A model generated the notes under the pieces. That model had not been told where the DNA came from. It searched no databases and saw only the letters and a program-made list of their open reading frames with translations. The translations under genes and the position numbers were made by a program. A DNA stretch of 64,000 nucleotides, taken from NCBI GenBank assembly GCA_002269645.1, contig NIVC01002501.1:62001-126000 (forward strand), in the 5' to 3' direction. How positions within the stretch are numbered: the first letter of the stretch is position 1; every line of letters starts with the position of its first letter. Below are positions 11,225 through 22,926 of this stretch, one piece after another. This DNA comes from Macrostomum lignano (Eukaryota).

Positions 11225-12203
11225 TCAGCTGAGGGATCAGGACTGGGAGCTGAGGGATCGTGAGCCGAGGGATCGGAAGCTGAGGGATCAGGTATCAGGA
11301 TCGGGACTTGAGAGATCAGAATCGGTAGCTAAGGGATTAGGATCGGGAGTTAAGGGATCAGGGATCAGGACCGGGAGCTGAGGGATCAGGATCGGGAGCT
11401 AAGGGATCAGGGATCAGGACCGGGAGCTGAGAGATCAGGATCGGGAGCTGAGGGATCAGGATCGGGAGCTGAGAGATCAGGATCGGGAGCTGAGAGATCA
11501 GGGATCAGGACCGGGAGCTGAGAGATCAGGATCGGGAGCTGAGGGACCAGGATCGGGAGCTGAGGGATCAGGATCGGGAGCTGAGAGATCAGGATCGGGA
11601 GCTGAGAGATCAGGATCGGGAGCTGAGAGATCAGGATCGGGAGCTGAGAGATCAGGATCGATAGCTGGGGGATCAGGATCGGGAGCTGAGAGATCAGGAT
11701 CGGGAGCTGAGAGATCAGGATCGGGAGCTGGGGGATCAGGATCGGGAGCTGAGAGATCAGGATCGGGAGCTGGGGGATCAGGATCGGGAGCTGGGGGATC
11801 AGGATCGGGAGCTGGGGGATCAGGATCGGTAGCTGAGGGACCATGATCGGGAGTTGAGGGATCAGGACCGGGAGCTGAGGGATCAGGATCGGGAGATGGG
11901 GGATCAGGATCGGGAGCTGGGGGATCAGGATCGGGAGCTGGGGGATCAGGATCGGGAGCTGGGGGATCAGGATCAGGAGCTGAGGGATCAGGATCGGGAG
12001 ATAGGGGATCAGGATCGGGAGCTGGGGGATCAGGATCGGGAGCTGGGGGATCAGGATCGGGAGCTGGGGGATCAGGATCGGGAGCTGGGGGATCAGGATC
12101 GGGAGCTGAGGGATCAGGATCAGGAGCTGAGGGATCAGGATCGGGAGATGGGGGATCAGGATCGGGAGCTGGGGGATCAGGATCGGGAGCTGGGGGATCA
12201 GGA
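11225..12203. repeat. 21-bp minisatellite (GGGATCAGGATCGGGAGCTG[A/G])n
   Basis: Direct inspection; 7-aa period in the spurious ORFs. Confidence 0.95.
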
Positions 12204-13508
12204 TGGTTAATCTGGAATCTGAAAAATAAGGAAGTCGCGTACAATGAAAGCGGGCAGCCGATTCCACAATAAAGTAAGACACAGCAGTGCATCTACGAGT
12301 AGGATGTACCTATATGCTTGTATTTGTTTGTACAGGTGTGCCTCGCTGATTCGCTAAGTAAATTTGAACAATTTTGACGCCAAAAAAAACTGTCAAATTA
12401 ACACTTAATTTTTAAAAGAAATTTCGCAAGCAGTTTTATAAACAGAGAGACAGAGAATAAAAATGAGGAAAAGATGGAGACTGGAGCGCGAAAGTCAGAA
12501 AAATGACGGATCCGAGAGCACACGCAGAGATAAGTGAGTCATTATTCATAGATAAGCAAAGTCTAAATATTCAAGATAAAAAATGTTGCGTTCAGCCAGT
12601 CAATTTAAACGATGATGCACTACTGCTAGTACTAAATAAGCAAATATTTTCACATAAAACTACAAAAAACTGCTGGATGAATTACGCACTGGCAGGGCTG
12701 TGCCCGAACTCTGTAAACTAGTAAGCGGCTGTTAAAGTCAGCAAAACAAAGAGTAATATTAACAATAGTAATAATAATAATAGTATTATTAACACGGATA
12801 GCAGCAGGAGGGAATCAATTCATCAACAGAAACCCAGCATGATCTGTATTGGTGTAGCCGGGATGTCAGGGGGGGGGGTTCGTCAAACAGAGGACGCAAG
12901 TAGTTAAGAAGACAAGGCCGCAAGTAGTGTGAGAGGCGAATAGACAGCAATATTTGCAGAATATAAATAATCAATAATTAATAAACGGAGCCACGATCCG
13001 GAGAGAATAGAAAATGAAAACAGTAAAAGACGGCAGAGATTAGCAATCAACAGGTGAAAAGCAGAAGCCTGGCAGATGGGGGGGGGGCATCAGACAGAGC
13101 TGTCGCGCCTCACCCCGGGTCAATTCGGGTCAATCATCAAAAACAAAAATTGGGCCATAGCACCTCGAAGGGATCGGGGAACACACCAAAGTTCTGAGAG
13201 AGAGAAAAACTCACGATGTCGCTAAGCCGCTCAGGTGAATAAATGAATGACAATTGCCAACAGCATAAATAATAATTTATGTAAGCATTGATTGATAGAC
13301 CGCACAGATGGCTTAAACAGGTCAGCTCAGCTCAAGATTTAAATAGAAAAAAGTGACAAGCAAGTCAAACTCCCATATTCCCCTTTGGAGGATAAAACCG
13401 AGCCTTCTTACCTGATCAGAGAAGCAATTAAAAACGCAATTAACCCCCCCCCCAAAAAAAAACAACAAAAGGCCATTTAGAGTTTCTCTAGATAAAATAT
13501 CAAAGCAA

Positions 13509-15175
13509 TCAAAACGGAGCGATGAGCTCTCTGATAATATCCTGCAGTTTGCCCAGCACCTCCTGCCTCACGTGGCTGATGGCCGGCAGAATCCGGTCGA
13601 TCTGCTGCTGCAGCTCCGGCACGAAGGCCTGCGCCTGGCCCTGCGACCGGTACAGGCCCTGCACCGCCTGCACCCGGTCCCGCAGCTGCTGGTGCGCCTC
13701 CTCCGGCGAGCAGGTCTCCATGCTCATCGCCAGGGCCACCTGCTGCACGTTGGCGGCCAGTTCGGCAGCCGACTGGGCGAGGTTTGGCCGCGCCTGCTGT
13801 TGCTGCTGCTGCTGCTGCTGCTGGAGCTGCGGCAACTGCTGCTGCTGTAGCTGGCGCTGCTGCGCGAGCTCCTGCAGGCTTGACAGCGATATGGGCACCG
13901 CGCCCTGAGGCGTCACAGCCAGCAGAGCGATGGTGCCGGGCGGCAGGCAGGGCAGCAGGCTGCCGGGACCGCCGCTGACAGCCGGGGCGGCGGCTCCGCC
14001 CATCATGGGCAGCACGATCGGCTGCTGCTGCTGCAGCTGGTACTGCGCTGGCAGCTGCTGCAGCTGCATCGGCTGCAGAAATTGCTGCTGCTGCTGCTGC
14101 TGCGAAACAATCATCATTGGCTGTTGCTGCTGCAGGAGCTGCTGAGGCTGCTGCTGCTGCAGCAGTTCTTCCTGCTTGGGCTGCTTCACAACGGCGGACG
14201 GGACCGCCGCCGCCGCGCCCAGGTTAGCGGTCTTCTTCAACTGCTTCGCGGCAGTCGGGGCCGAGGTGGAGGGCCTGTCGGCCTGCTGCTGGGCGGCTTT
14301 TGCAGTCTGCGCTTTCAGCTTCTCCTAGAATATATTTTTTAGAGAAAAAGAATTGCAAAGCAACTCAAGAATTTGGAGAAGACTCCCATCAAAAAGGTTG
14401 TTTGAACAGTGGTTAATTTTTGCTGCGGGTAAATAGCCGGAGTAACTATAACGTAACTGCCTCGCCAGCTAAATAGTGCTAGGAGAATATCTCTCCGATA
14501 TTCTAGCATTGCCCCTACCGTGCTACTATCAGTAAGCAGCTTGTAAAAGTGAGCCAGAGTATCGCATAAATACATTGAACCAACCTGAAATGCGCGATAC
14601 GAATCGGTTTGCTTGTAAGCCGCCAGATCCTTCTCGTACTGCTCCATGGCTTTCTTGTACAGCTCCGAGTAGCGCTCTTTCTCCTCCGTTGACAGATCCC
14701 GCCACTGCTGGGCCACCACTTTGATCTGGTCCCGGCCTTTCAGCTTCAGATCCGGCGTGTCCCGGATGTGCACCCCCAGCTGCTCCATGCGCTCCTTCAC
14801 GAAGATGGTGTAGGCGGAGCGCGGGTTCAGCGGCTCCTGCGGGTCCCGGCGTGCTCGGCGGGAGCGCCGGCCGAAGCCGATCGGCTTTCGCTGCTTCGGC
14901 GGCCGGGCTGCGGCTGCGGCGTCGGCGGCGTCGGCGGCCCCCAAGTCGGAGGCGGGGCCCCCTGCGTCATCCTCGCTGACGGGCGCGCCGGCGCCGTTGC
15001 CGACTGCGGCGCCGCCGCGACCCGTCACGTCCTCGATGATGCGCGTTAGAGACACTTTGGCTGCCGTCTTGTCTTCTGCTTCTGCTGCTGCTGTGAGTGC
15101 AGAGCGGCGCGGGAGCGCATCAATATTTTTGAGATTCGCTTTGAGAATTCTGGCAGTGCTGATGGAGCTCAGCAA
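13509..15175 (-). CDS. HMG-box protein, HMG20A/B-like; exons ~14585-15175 (5' end uncertain) and 13509-14324
   Basis: HMG box DPQEPLNPRSAYTIFVKE…WRDLSTEEKERYSELYKKAMEQYEKDLAAYKQTDSYRAFQ|EK. Phase-0 GT-AG intron 14325-14584, a Q-rich linker and a helical C-terminus. No in-frame ATG upstream of the box, so an upstream exon is likely. Confidence 0.8.
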
Positions 15176-15301
15176 TCCCTCCCGTGAGTACTGGACCAGC
15201 TCAGCAATCCCTCCCCTGAGTACTGGACCAGCTCAGCAATCCCTCCCCTGAGTGCTGGACCAGCTCAGCAATCCCTCCCCTGAGTACTGGAACAGCTCAG
15301 C
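15166..15301. repeat. 32-bp tandem repeat, ~4 copies (GCTCAGCAATCCCTCCCCTGAGTACTGGACCA)
   Basis: Direct inspection. Confidence 0.85.
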
Positions 15302-15322
15302 CATTCTTCACTCACTGCTGGA

Positions 15323-15494
15323 CATGCTTGGGCGCAACCTAGGGATTCACCCGGCCGTTTCTATTGGCAACACACACATGTAAGTCGCTATTGGACGGAA
15401 TAGTAGTCACGTGACTGTTCTCAGCCAATAGCGACTTACATGTGTGTGTTGCCAATAGAAACAGCCGAGTGATTCCCAAGGTTGCGCATGTATG
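15323..15494. mobile_element. 172-bp palindromic MITE with 8-bp TSD
   Basis: TSD CTGCTGGA at 15315-15322 and 15495-15502. Arms are near-perfect inverted repeats. The right end GTTGCGCATGTATG is shared with the 299-bp MITE family. Confidence 0.85.
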
Positions 15495-16843
15495 CTGCTG
15501 GACCAGCTCAAATGCTTCACCAAGTGCTGGACCAGCTCAGATATGCTTCACCAAGTGCTGGACCAGCTCAGGGATGCTTCACTCACTGCTGGACCACATC
15601 ATTGATATAAGTACATGCGCATAGTGTCATAGAGTCAATCTACTTATGCACTGTTTAATTAAGTCCAATTATGTTGGCTGAGGTATCAGATAAGGGAGAT
15701 TTGTACTTTTTTGTACAATTTTGACTTTTTACTTTAAATTAAATTTTATAGTTTAAAAGACCAATAGGCTTTTTATTCATTAAAAATGTTAAACACTGTC
15801 AGCCATAGTTATCAGCTTCTTTTCAAGCCTTTTTAGTTATTTTTGGTTTGTTTCAGTGTGTTTTTAAAAATAAAAATGCATTAAAGCTACATGAATTAGG
15901 CCTAAAGTATATTAGTCACATTTTTACAATATGCTTTTTATTAAGTCAAGCTGGAAAAACTACTAGAATCAAAGGTAAAAAATTCAATATTATTTAATTT
16001 ATCTAATTAGATTAAAGATAACTTGTAGAAACTATTGCAACATGTTAATGTTACTATTATCCCTCATCCCTTCAGTTAGGCTATAAGCAACTCATAGACA
16101 TGTTTTTACCATAATACTATTATCATCCATTTGCACTAATATACATTCAACTAAAAATAATTTAAAAAAAAAAACTACATTAGTACCTATAGGCCTAGTC
16201 CATAGGATATATGGTCATTTTATATGCCACTTTTTATCTTATAAAGAGATATAATGCAAAATCATTTTTATGTATATAATTTTGTTTATCACATTTTAGA
16301 GAAATATAACAACCTATTATATAAGATTTAAACATACAATAAGAAAAATCAAATTTTAAATATACTTTAAACAATTTATTTTAACTTTAATTGAATAATA
16401 CATTAGTTTAAATGGATGATTAAGTTATTAATGTTTTGTTAACTATTGATTATATATATTATAGATACTTGATAGATTAGTTATTAAAGATAAAACATTA
16501 AGATATAAGAAAATTATTAGATTCACTTATCTTTTAACATTAGTAGAACTATAATAATAGTTGTCAGTTGTTAATATCATTAAAATGTTTATCTTTCTGT
16601 TATATTAATTAAGTCATTATTATTGATATTGTAGTTAATACTTTATAATATTTAAAATAGCAATTAAATTTGTATTATAAGCCAGAATGGAATCTTTGCA
16701 TAGCAATTTTGGTATAAAAAGTAGCAAACTATTTTTTCATAAGTTTTTAAACCTTAAAATATGCAAATTTTAAAAGGTACTTGATTTTTATAAGCATATT
16801 TTTATAGGTTTTCTTTTTCAACAAGATAGACGGGATACCATAG

Positions 16844-17317
16844 AAGCTTGAGAGATCTTTTCGGAAATGGTACAACACTCCGATTAGGATTGTCTTTCGC
16901 ACTGCCAAGGTGGGTCAATTTGTCAGCAATCTCAAGTCCCGTGTTCCTCGTGCTCTAGTTGCAGGTGTCGTCTATAAATTTTGTTGTTCTGAAGATCAGA
17001 ATATCTCTTACGTGGGAAAAACCAAAAGACACCTGCACACCAGAGTTAGGGAGCATTGGCTGAAAAAATCTGCTATCCAGGACCACCTTCTGGAATGCAA
17101 GGGCTGCTGTGACAGAGAACAGATTGAATTGTTTAAAATTATCGACTGTGCTAACTCTGAATTCAAGCTTAGCATTCTTGAAGCGCTGCACATCAAAGCT
17201 CAAAATCCCAGTCTCAATGTGCAATTGCTACATAGTGGTGCGGGCCACCTTCTTAGGGTGTTTTGAGTTTGACTATTTTTTGTTGCGCGTACATTTTGTT
17301 TTTTTTACATCTGTTTG

Positions 17318-17366
<49 letters not shown>

Positions 17367-17545
17367 ATTATTCTCGCTTAACTCCAACCCCTAGTTTTTT
17401 TATGTTTTTTGTACATTGGTTACCCTCCCGTTTTCAATTTGACACTTGAGATAGTACAATCGTTTGCTCATTTATATTGAGTGTTTCGTTCAGTGATAAA
17501 ATATACCCTGACGACGGCCCTAGTGGGTTGAAACGCGTTGGTTTT
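16844..17545 (+). mobile_element. 5'-truncated Penelope-like element: GIY-YIG endonuclease, (TC)n, hammerhead
   Basis: ORF to 17266 with VVYKFCC…YVGKTKRHLHTRVREH…SAIQDHLLECKGC…LSILEALHIK..NPSLN, followed by a (TC)n tract and an HHR. Confidence 0.88.
17505..17542 (+). ncRNA. Minimal hammerhead ribozyme (Penelope-type)
   Basis: ACC-CTGACGA-C-GGCCC TAGT GGGTT-GAAAC-GCG-TT-GGT. Palindromic ACGCGT helix III and GTT triplet. Confidence 0.72.
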
Positions 17546-17589
17546 CGCCTTAAATGTTGATCTTAAGCTTTATTTATTTGCTATTAATT

Positions 17590-18870
17590 AAGCGAGCAAC
17601 TCTACCACAAATGTTCATGAATTGGAGAGTTTCGTTGCCTATGTTCCTTGGCTCTCGTGAGTAGGTGTTGCTTGGTTTTACCAATGTAGGTAATGCTCTG
17701 GTCAACAGAGCAACGAAAACGATAGATGACACCTGCCTTGAGAGCACATGGAACACGAGACTTTAAACTCCCAACAAATTGACTGACTTTATGAGTACGG
17801 AACACTACATGAATCTTAGTCTTAAAGAATTTTTGGCAAGTTTTGCGAATTTGCCTCTTAAACCATACATGCGCAACAGTCGGCCGAGTCGGCCGATCCG
17901 GCCGACTGATTTGGCAGCCAACCAAGGAAGTCGCAAAAATGCCCACCCAAAAAAATACCCCCGTAGTAGTACTAAGTAGCTGACGAGGCATTTTTGCCTG
18001 ATAAGACAGTCATAGTTACTCCCGCCGTTTACCCAAAGTTGCGTTAATTTTGCTTTGGGGTTTTTTTTACATGTAAGTCGCATTTTTGGCCAAAAACTAC
18101 GTCGCATTTTTGTTAAAACTAAGTCGCACGGCCGACCGAATTTTGGACGTTGCGCATGTATGTCTTAAACACAATTGAAGAGTTGCCCAAAAAAGGAAGA
18201 GTCAAGATTGGTTCTCCTGGTTCTCTATCTGGCCGCTTAGGTTTAAGCTTTTTTTCAATTTTTTCATCTAAGAAATTACCAATAACCTTCATGATGTAGT
18301 TGATAGGGTATCCATTGGCAGTGAGAATATTGATAATGTTGGTAAACTCGTTGTGCAGCAACGACCAAGAGCAACATACTGTATAGGCACGATGAAGCAG
18401 ACAACGAATGACTCCCGTCTTCCATTCCCTGGGGCACAACGCCTGGAAATTAAGCATCAAGTTAGTGAATGTGGGCTTGCGATACACTTCGGTCTCAATA
18501 GCGCAGTCCTTCAGATGGATCTCGATGTCAAGAAAGGGTAGTTTCTTTCCACCATATTCCATGGTGAATTTAATGTTAGGATGGGTGGCGTTTATTGTGT
18601 TGAAAAATTGCAGAAAGTCTTCCTCGTTATCAAAAATAGCGCATGTGTCATCGACATACCGTTTGTAAAATTTCGGAGCACAGCTTTTTTCCATCCAGGT
18701 TTTCTCCCAATGTGACATGCAAACGTTAGCAAGAGTGGGGGCAAGAGAGCTGCCCATAGCGCAGCCGTCAATTTGCTGGAAGTACTTATCGCCGAATTGG
18801 AATATCCCAGACGTGGCAATAACCAACAATTTCTTAAACACTTTCTCCGGGATTGGTGGCGCTGGGTGCA
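17590..18870 (-). mobile_element. Penelope-like element RT + GIY-YIG segment (inverted 5' part), interrupted by a 299-bp MITE
   Basis: RT motifs QIDGCAMGSSLAPTLANV and RYVDDT. After removing 17864-18162 the frame continues through LTLPFLG…FK-RQIRK…YIGKTKQHLLTRAKEH. Confidence 0.9.
17864..18162. mobile_element. 299-bp MITE, TIR CATACATGCGCAAC, 8-bp TSD (P- or hAT-like)
   Basis: TSD TCTTAAAC at 17856-17863 and 18163-18170. Other copies at 55481-55737 and 56160-57274. Confidence 0.9.
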
Positions 18871-18904
18871 AGCGACACCTACTCACGAGAGCCAAGGAAC
18901 ATAG

Positions 18905-19688
18905 GGCTCATTCCATATAAGCATGGTCGTAACATGACAGGTTATTTTTACTTATAAAATGAAATCTAATAATAGAATATACTAAACCAATATTTTAAAT
19001 GAAAGATTATTTTGTCTAGAATATATTTATAGAGTTTCATATAGATATCATCATTAGTATAGATGCTATTAAACCTTAAATGACACTTATGGTCGTAACG
19101 ACAGGATTTTTGACATATAGAAACCAAAAGGTAAAAGTCATAACATTTTTCATTTTTGATATTTTGCAATACATTTTTAAAATTTGACTAAGAACATCTT
19201 TAGAAATCATACTCTTTTATTAGAATATATAAACTCAAAAGGCAACAAAGATACAAAAGAAAAGGCAGCCTTATGGTCGTAACATTATGGTCGTAACATA
19301 TTTTTTTCTGTCAATTCAGTAACTTTGAGGTACTAATACATTAAAAATATAATAGATTATTTGGTCACCAATGCTTTTATCTGATGATGCAAGTACTATA
19401 CTTTTATCTATAGTTTGTTTCAACCTTCAAAAGCTTTCTATTTGTTTTTAAAAGGTACAAAATCTTAATGATGTCTTTTGCTTTGAAAAATGTCCAAATT
19501 TTTACAAAAATGACTTTTTGCCAATTGATAACATACTAATCCAATATTTTACCATTCCTTTATTCTTAGATTGTATATATTGCACAATATAAACATTTGG
19601 TAAAAAAATAGGCTAATTAGGCAATGGCAAGCAAAAATATTGACTTTTTTCTATTTTCCAAATATGTCCATCTTATATGAAATGAGCC
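18905..19688. mobile_element. 784-bp AT-rich non-autonomous DNA transposon, TIR GGCTCATT(C/T)CATATAAG, 4-bp TSD
   Basis: ATAG is duplicated at 18901-18904 and 19689-19692; removing the insert restores gaacataggcaacga (EHRQR). Confidence 0.85.
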
Positions 19689-19930
19689 ATAGGCAACGAA
19701 ACTCTCCGATTCATGAACATTTGCTGCAATGCCATGGTTGTTGTGATGAGCCAGACATAACCTCTCATTTCAAGGTCATAGACAACAGCAAAAATGAGCA
19801 TAAACTTAACATTCTTGAAGCTCTGCACATTAAGTTACACAAACCCACTCTCAATGTCCAACTATCTGGAGGAGGTGCGAGTGAACAGCTGTTGGTGTTC
19901 TAAGCTAGAGTACATTTGGGGCGCATACGC

Positions 19931-19969
<39 letters not shown>

Positions 19970-20109
19970 CTCTGTCCTGTCATTCCACAAAAAATATTAT
20001 GAACATTGCTATACTGTACATTGATCCTTTAGTCCTTTTATATCTTTTCAATACCTGATTTTGTCGTCTACACAGTATTTAATAGGTTGAAATAAATTCT
20101 GTTCGATAG

Positions 20110-20147
20110 TGCCTGAAGATGGCTAGTTTTAGCCGAAACGCGTTGCA
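20110..20147 (+). ncRNA. Minimal hammerhead ribozyme (Penelope-type)
   Basis: TGC-CTGAAGA-T-GGCTA GTTT TAGCC-GAAAC-GCG-TT-GCA. Perfect 5-bp stem II and TGC/GCA helix I. Confidence 0.8.
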
Positions 20148-20851
20148 AATAATATTGAGTTTTGTCTTACTATTAAGCTAGATACATGCTTATATCATAG
20201 CATTGAAATAAAAATATGGTCTAGAGGCTAGACCACGCCACGACCAGGACTACACTAGGCCTAGCCGCCTAGGGACTACAACCTATTATACTATAGACTG
20301 CAAGCCTATAATCTTATAGGTCTATGATTCTAGTATGTACAAAAATTATACTAAGGCCTATAAATTTCATAAGCCTAATCTTAGTCGATTTTTAGGCTAG
20401 GCATAGCTAGTTACAGTACAGTAAGTCGAATTATAAAAATTGCCAAATGGGGCCTACTTCTAATTAGCAGCGTTTATTTAAATAATGATTGACTGGAGAG
20501 AACTTGATTTTGTTTTGTTCCATAAATTGCTTGTTTTTAGAGTTATTTTAGTTAAGCTAGCAACATTCTATACCATTATAGACAGTACGAGATTAGTATT
20601 GTAAAAGATCATCGATAAACAAAGTCGCAGAAAAATTCACATACGGCAGTAAGTTAAATTTTATTTCAAAAATTAACAAAACTAACACCTAATTGTATTG
20701 TTTATTTGTACAAGAATACAGAAGTTAAATCGAAAATATTTTTTTGCTTATTATCATTCAAGGGAATGACACTATTTTCTTTGCAAAGGAGTCAACGACG
20801 TCTAGCAAAGTCTAGACTCTTCTGACAACAGTAGTCCAAAGACTACTTTAA

Positions 20852-21571
20852 GTAGAAGGACGGGAAACCTCGTTTCTTAGAAAATTTTAGAAGGCAGTAT
20901 TCCCGAAATAATACACTACGGAGATAGGAAGTTTTCATTTTTTAGAACAAAAATTGTCATTGCTTTTGATAAGGAGGCAGATCCAATGTTCATCTTTTGA
21001 TATGTTGTACCTTTCTTTTTGCTCTATCGATATTCATAAAGCTTTTTCTTCAGAAAATTAGGATTCTATGTTAATTTTTTATTCTACGTACATTTCCTGT
21101 ACTTTTAAAAATCATAAAAATGCAATGACACAGCTCGAATCTTTGGTTTTATGAATCTATATTTTATCATCTCTGTTACAAATATTTATATGTTACACAG
21201 TCAGCTAAGAATGATAAAATAGACTCATAAAACCAAAGAGCCGATCTGTGCCATTTCAATGGTTTTTAGGCACACAATACACGTGCAAATGTACGTAGAA
21301 TAAACAATTCACATCCATATACTAAAAACAATGAAAATCTTGTATGTGCGCATAGAATCCTAATTTTCTGAACGAAAAGCTCTATGAATATCGATAGAAC
21401 AATAAGAAAGGCAAAACATATTTAAAAGATGAACACTGGATCTGCCTCCTATCAAAAGCAATTACAATTTTTGTGCTGAAAAAAATGAAAACTTCCTATC
21501 TCGTAGTGTATTTTTTCGGGAAAACCTGCCTTCTAAAACTTTCTAAGAAACGAGGTTTCCCGTCCTTCTAC
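20852..21571. mobile_element. 720-bp foldback element with ~320-340-bp inverted arms, ends GTAGAAGGACGGG…CCCGTCCTTCTAC
   Basis: Arms align from the termini to a centre at ~21170-21210. Flanked by TTAA (20848-20851) and TTGA (21572-21575). Confidence 0.85.
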
Positions 21572-21575
21572 TTGA

Positions 21576-22324
21576 GTCGTCCTTGCAGTAGTCACAGAAA
21601 CAGAAACAGAGAAAAATTAGCAGAAAACCGCAGCTTTTCGAAGCAAAGAATCCGAGGGCTGCCAAAAGTAGCCAAATATCACGGAAGGATTATTTGCACG
21701 TAACGTGCATGTAATTTTTGGCAAGTCATTTTTGAAATTCATGTTGGCACTTTATACAGGGCACATACATGTATAGCCAGCTGAATTTTACTCGAAAGCT
21801 ACGATTGCACAAACAATAGCCGCCAAGGCGTCTTCAGAGGATTTTACTGCTTCAGGACCGCGCCGAGTCATGTAGACATAACCAAGCAATAACTGCACCG
21901 GAAAAATCAACGTCGATTGTTTGAACCGAATTGATTCTCGTTGATGGTTGACCTAACATCGCATGCAATCTCAACAGCTGTAGCCATCACATGGTTATTG
22001 GCCACTTTACGTGTGTATAGGCGCTTACAGTAACATTATAATTATTTGTAACCAAGTCTGCACTGCCGTGAGTCCCGCTATGAAAGATTAAAATAGCTTC
22101 AAAAGTTTTTATGATTAATTTATTGCCTCTGCTTACTGTTGCGCTCATGGAGAACTAAAGTAGAAGAACGCTACATTCGATTTTCCTAGAAATCAGCTGG
22201 AGGCCTGCAAGGAGCGAATATTTGTCGCATATCGCTAGTGCACTTTGTATGCTCTCCAGAAATTGCATTTTTCGAGCGTGGATTTTTTCGTCCAAATTTG
22301 TGTATGGCCCACAATGAGGACTAC
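21576..22324. mobile_element. Probable non-autonomous element with GTCGTCCT…AGGACTAC ends between TTGA/TTAA cores
   Basis: Short inverted termini match the arms of the 40095 palindrome. Weak minus-strand peptide FKQST..QLLLGYVYMTRRGPEAV at ~21790-21930. Confidence 0.45.
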
Positions 22325-22414
22325 TTAAAAAAATATATATATATATTACTTCAGTCGTCCTTGATGGCGCACTCGTCCATGATCACCGCTATCTAGTACT
22401 CTAGAGCATACTCG

Positions 22415-22517
22415 CGCCAGCACCAAAGGGCGCCAGCACCAAAGTGCGCCAGCACCAAAGTGCGCCAGCACCAAAGGGCGCCAGCACCAAAGGGCGCCAG
22501 CACCAAAGGGCGCCAGC
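22415..22517. repeat. 16-bp tandem repeat (GCGCCAGCACCAAAG[G/T])n
   Basis: Direct inspection; related to the 15-bp array at 58660. Confidence 0.85.
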
Positions 22518-22926
22518 TCTTGTTTTTTTAATTTAGTTTGGGAAGCTGCTAAATTTGAGACCAGGGGGCGCCAAACCTGCCGCGAGGGCGCGCTCTAATT
22601 TTTACCAGTCTAGTGGGAGGGCAAGCAGCGGCCTCCCTTGTGCCCCCCTGACGACTCTGAAACAATTTAAACAAATAAAATCTAACAAAAGCAAATTGTT
22701 AAATTGATGAAGTGTTGCAAATTTACTCTGCATCTGCCCCGATTATGTTATATTCTCATAAGCGAACTTTTCACTCTTCAATGTAAGCCGATCATGTCAA
22801 GTAAAAATGAGAGACACGAAACTGTACATGAAATAAAAGTAAAGCCTCCCTCCGATTCCAAATGAAGAGTCAATTTCAAGTAGAAAAGTGCGAGCGTTTC
22901 GGTAGAAGCAATACATGTAGATGGAA

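Larger units (their letters stand above)
18870..20150 (+). mobile_element. Penelope-like element 3' part (end of GIY-YIG, (TC)n, hammerhead), interrupted by a 784-bp MITE
   Basis: KRHLLTRAKEH at 18870-18904 rejoins RQRNSPIHEHLLQCHGCC…LNILEALHIK at 19689 once the insert is removed. Confidence 0.85.

Noticed and set aside
12770-13300. CR1/L2-like LINE 3' end
   Set aside because: Only a (TAA)n-like tail and vague peptide resemblance; no diagnostic RT motif.
15620-16830. AT-rich block as a transposon or foreign DNA
   Set aside because: No TIR, TSD or ORF that I could identify.
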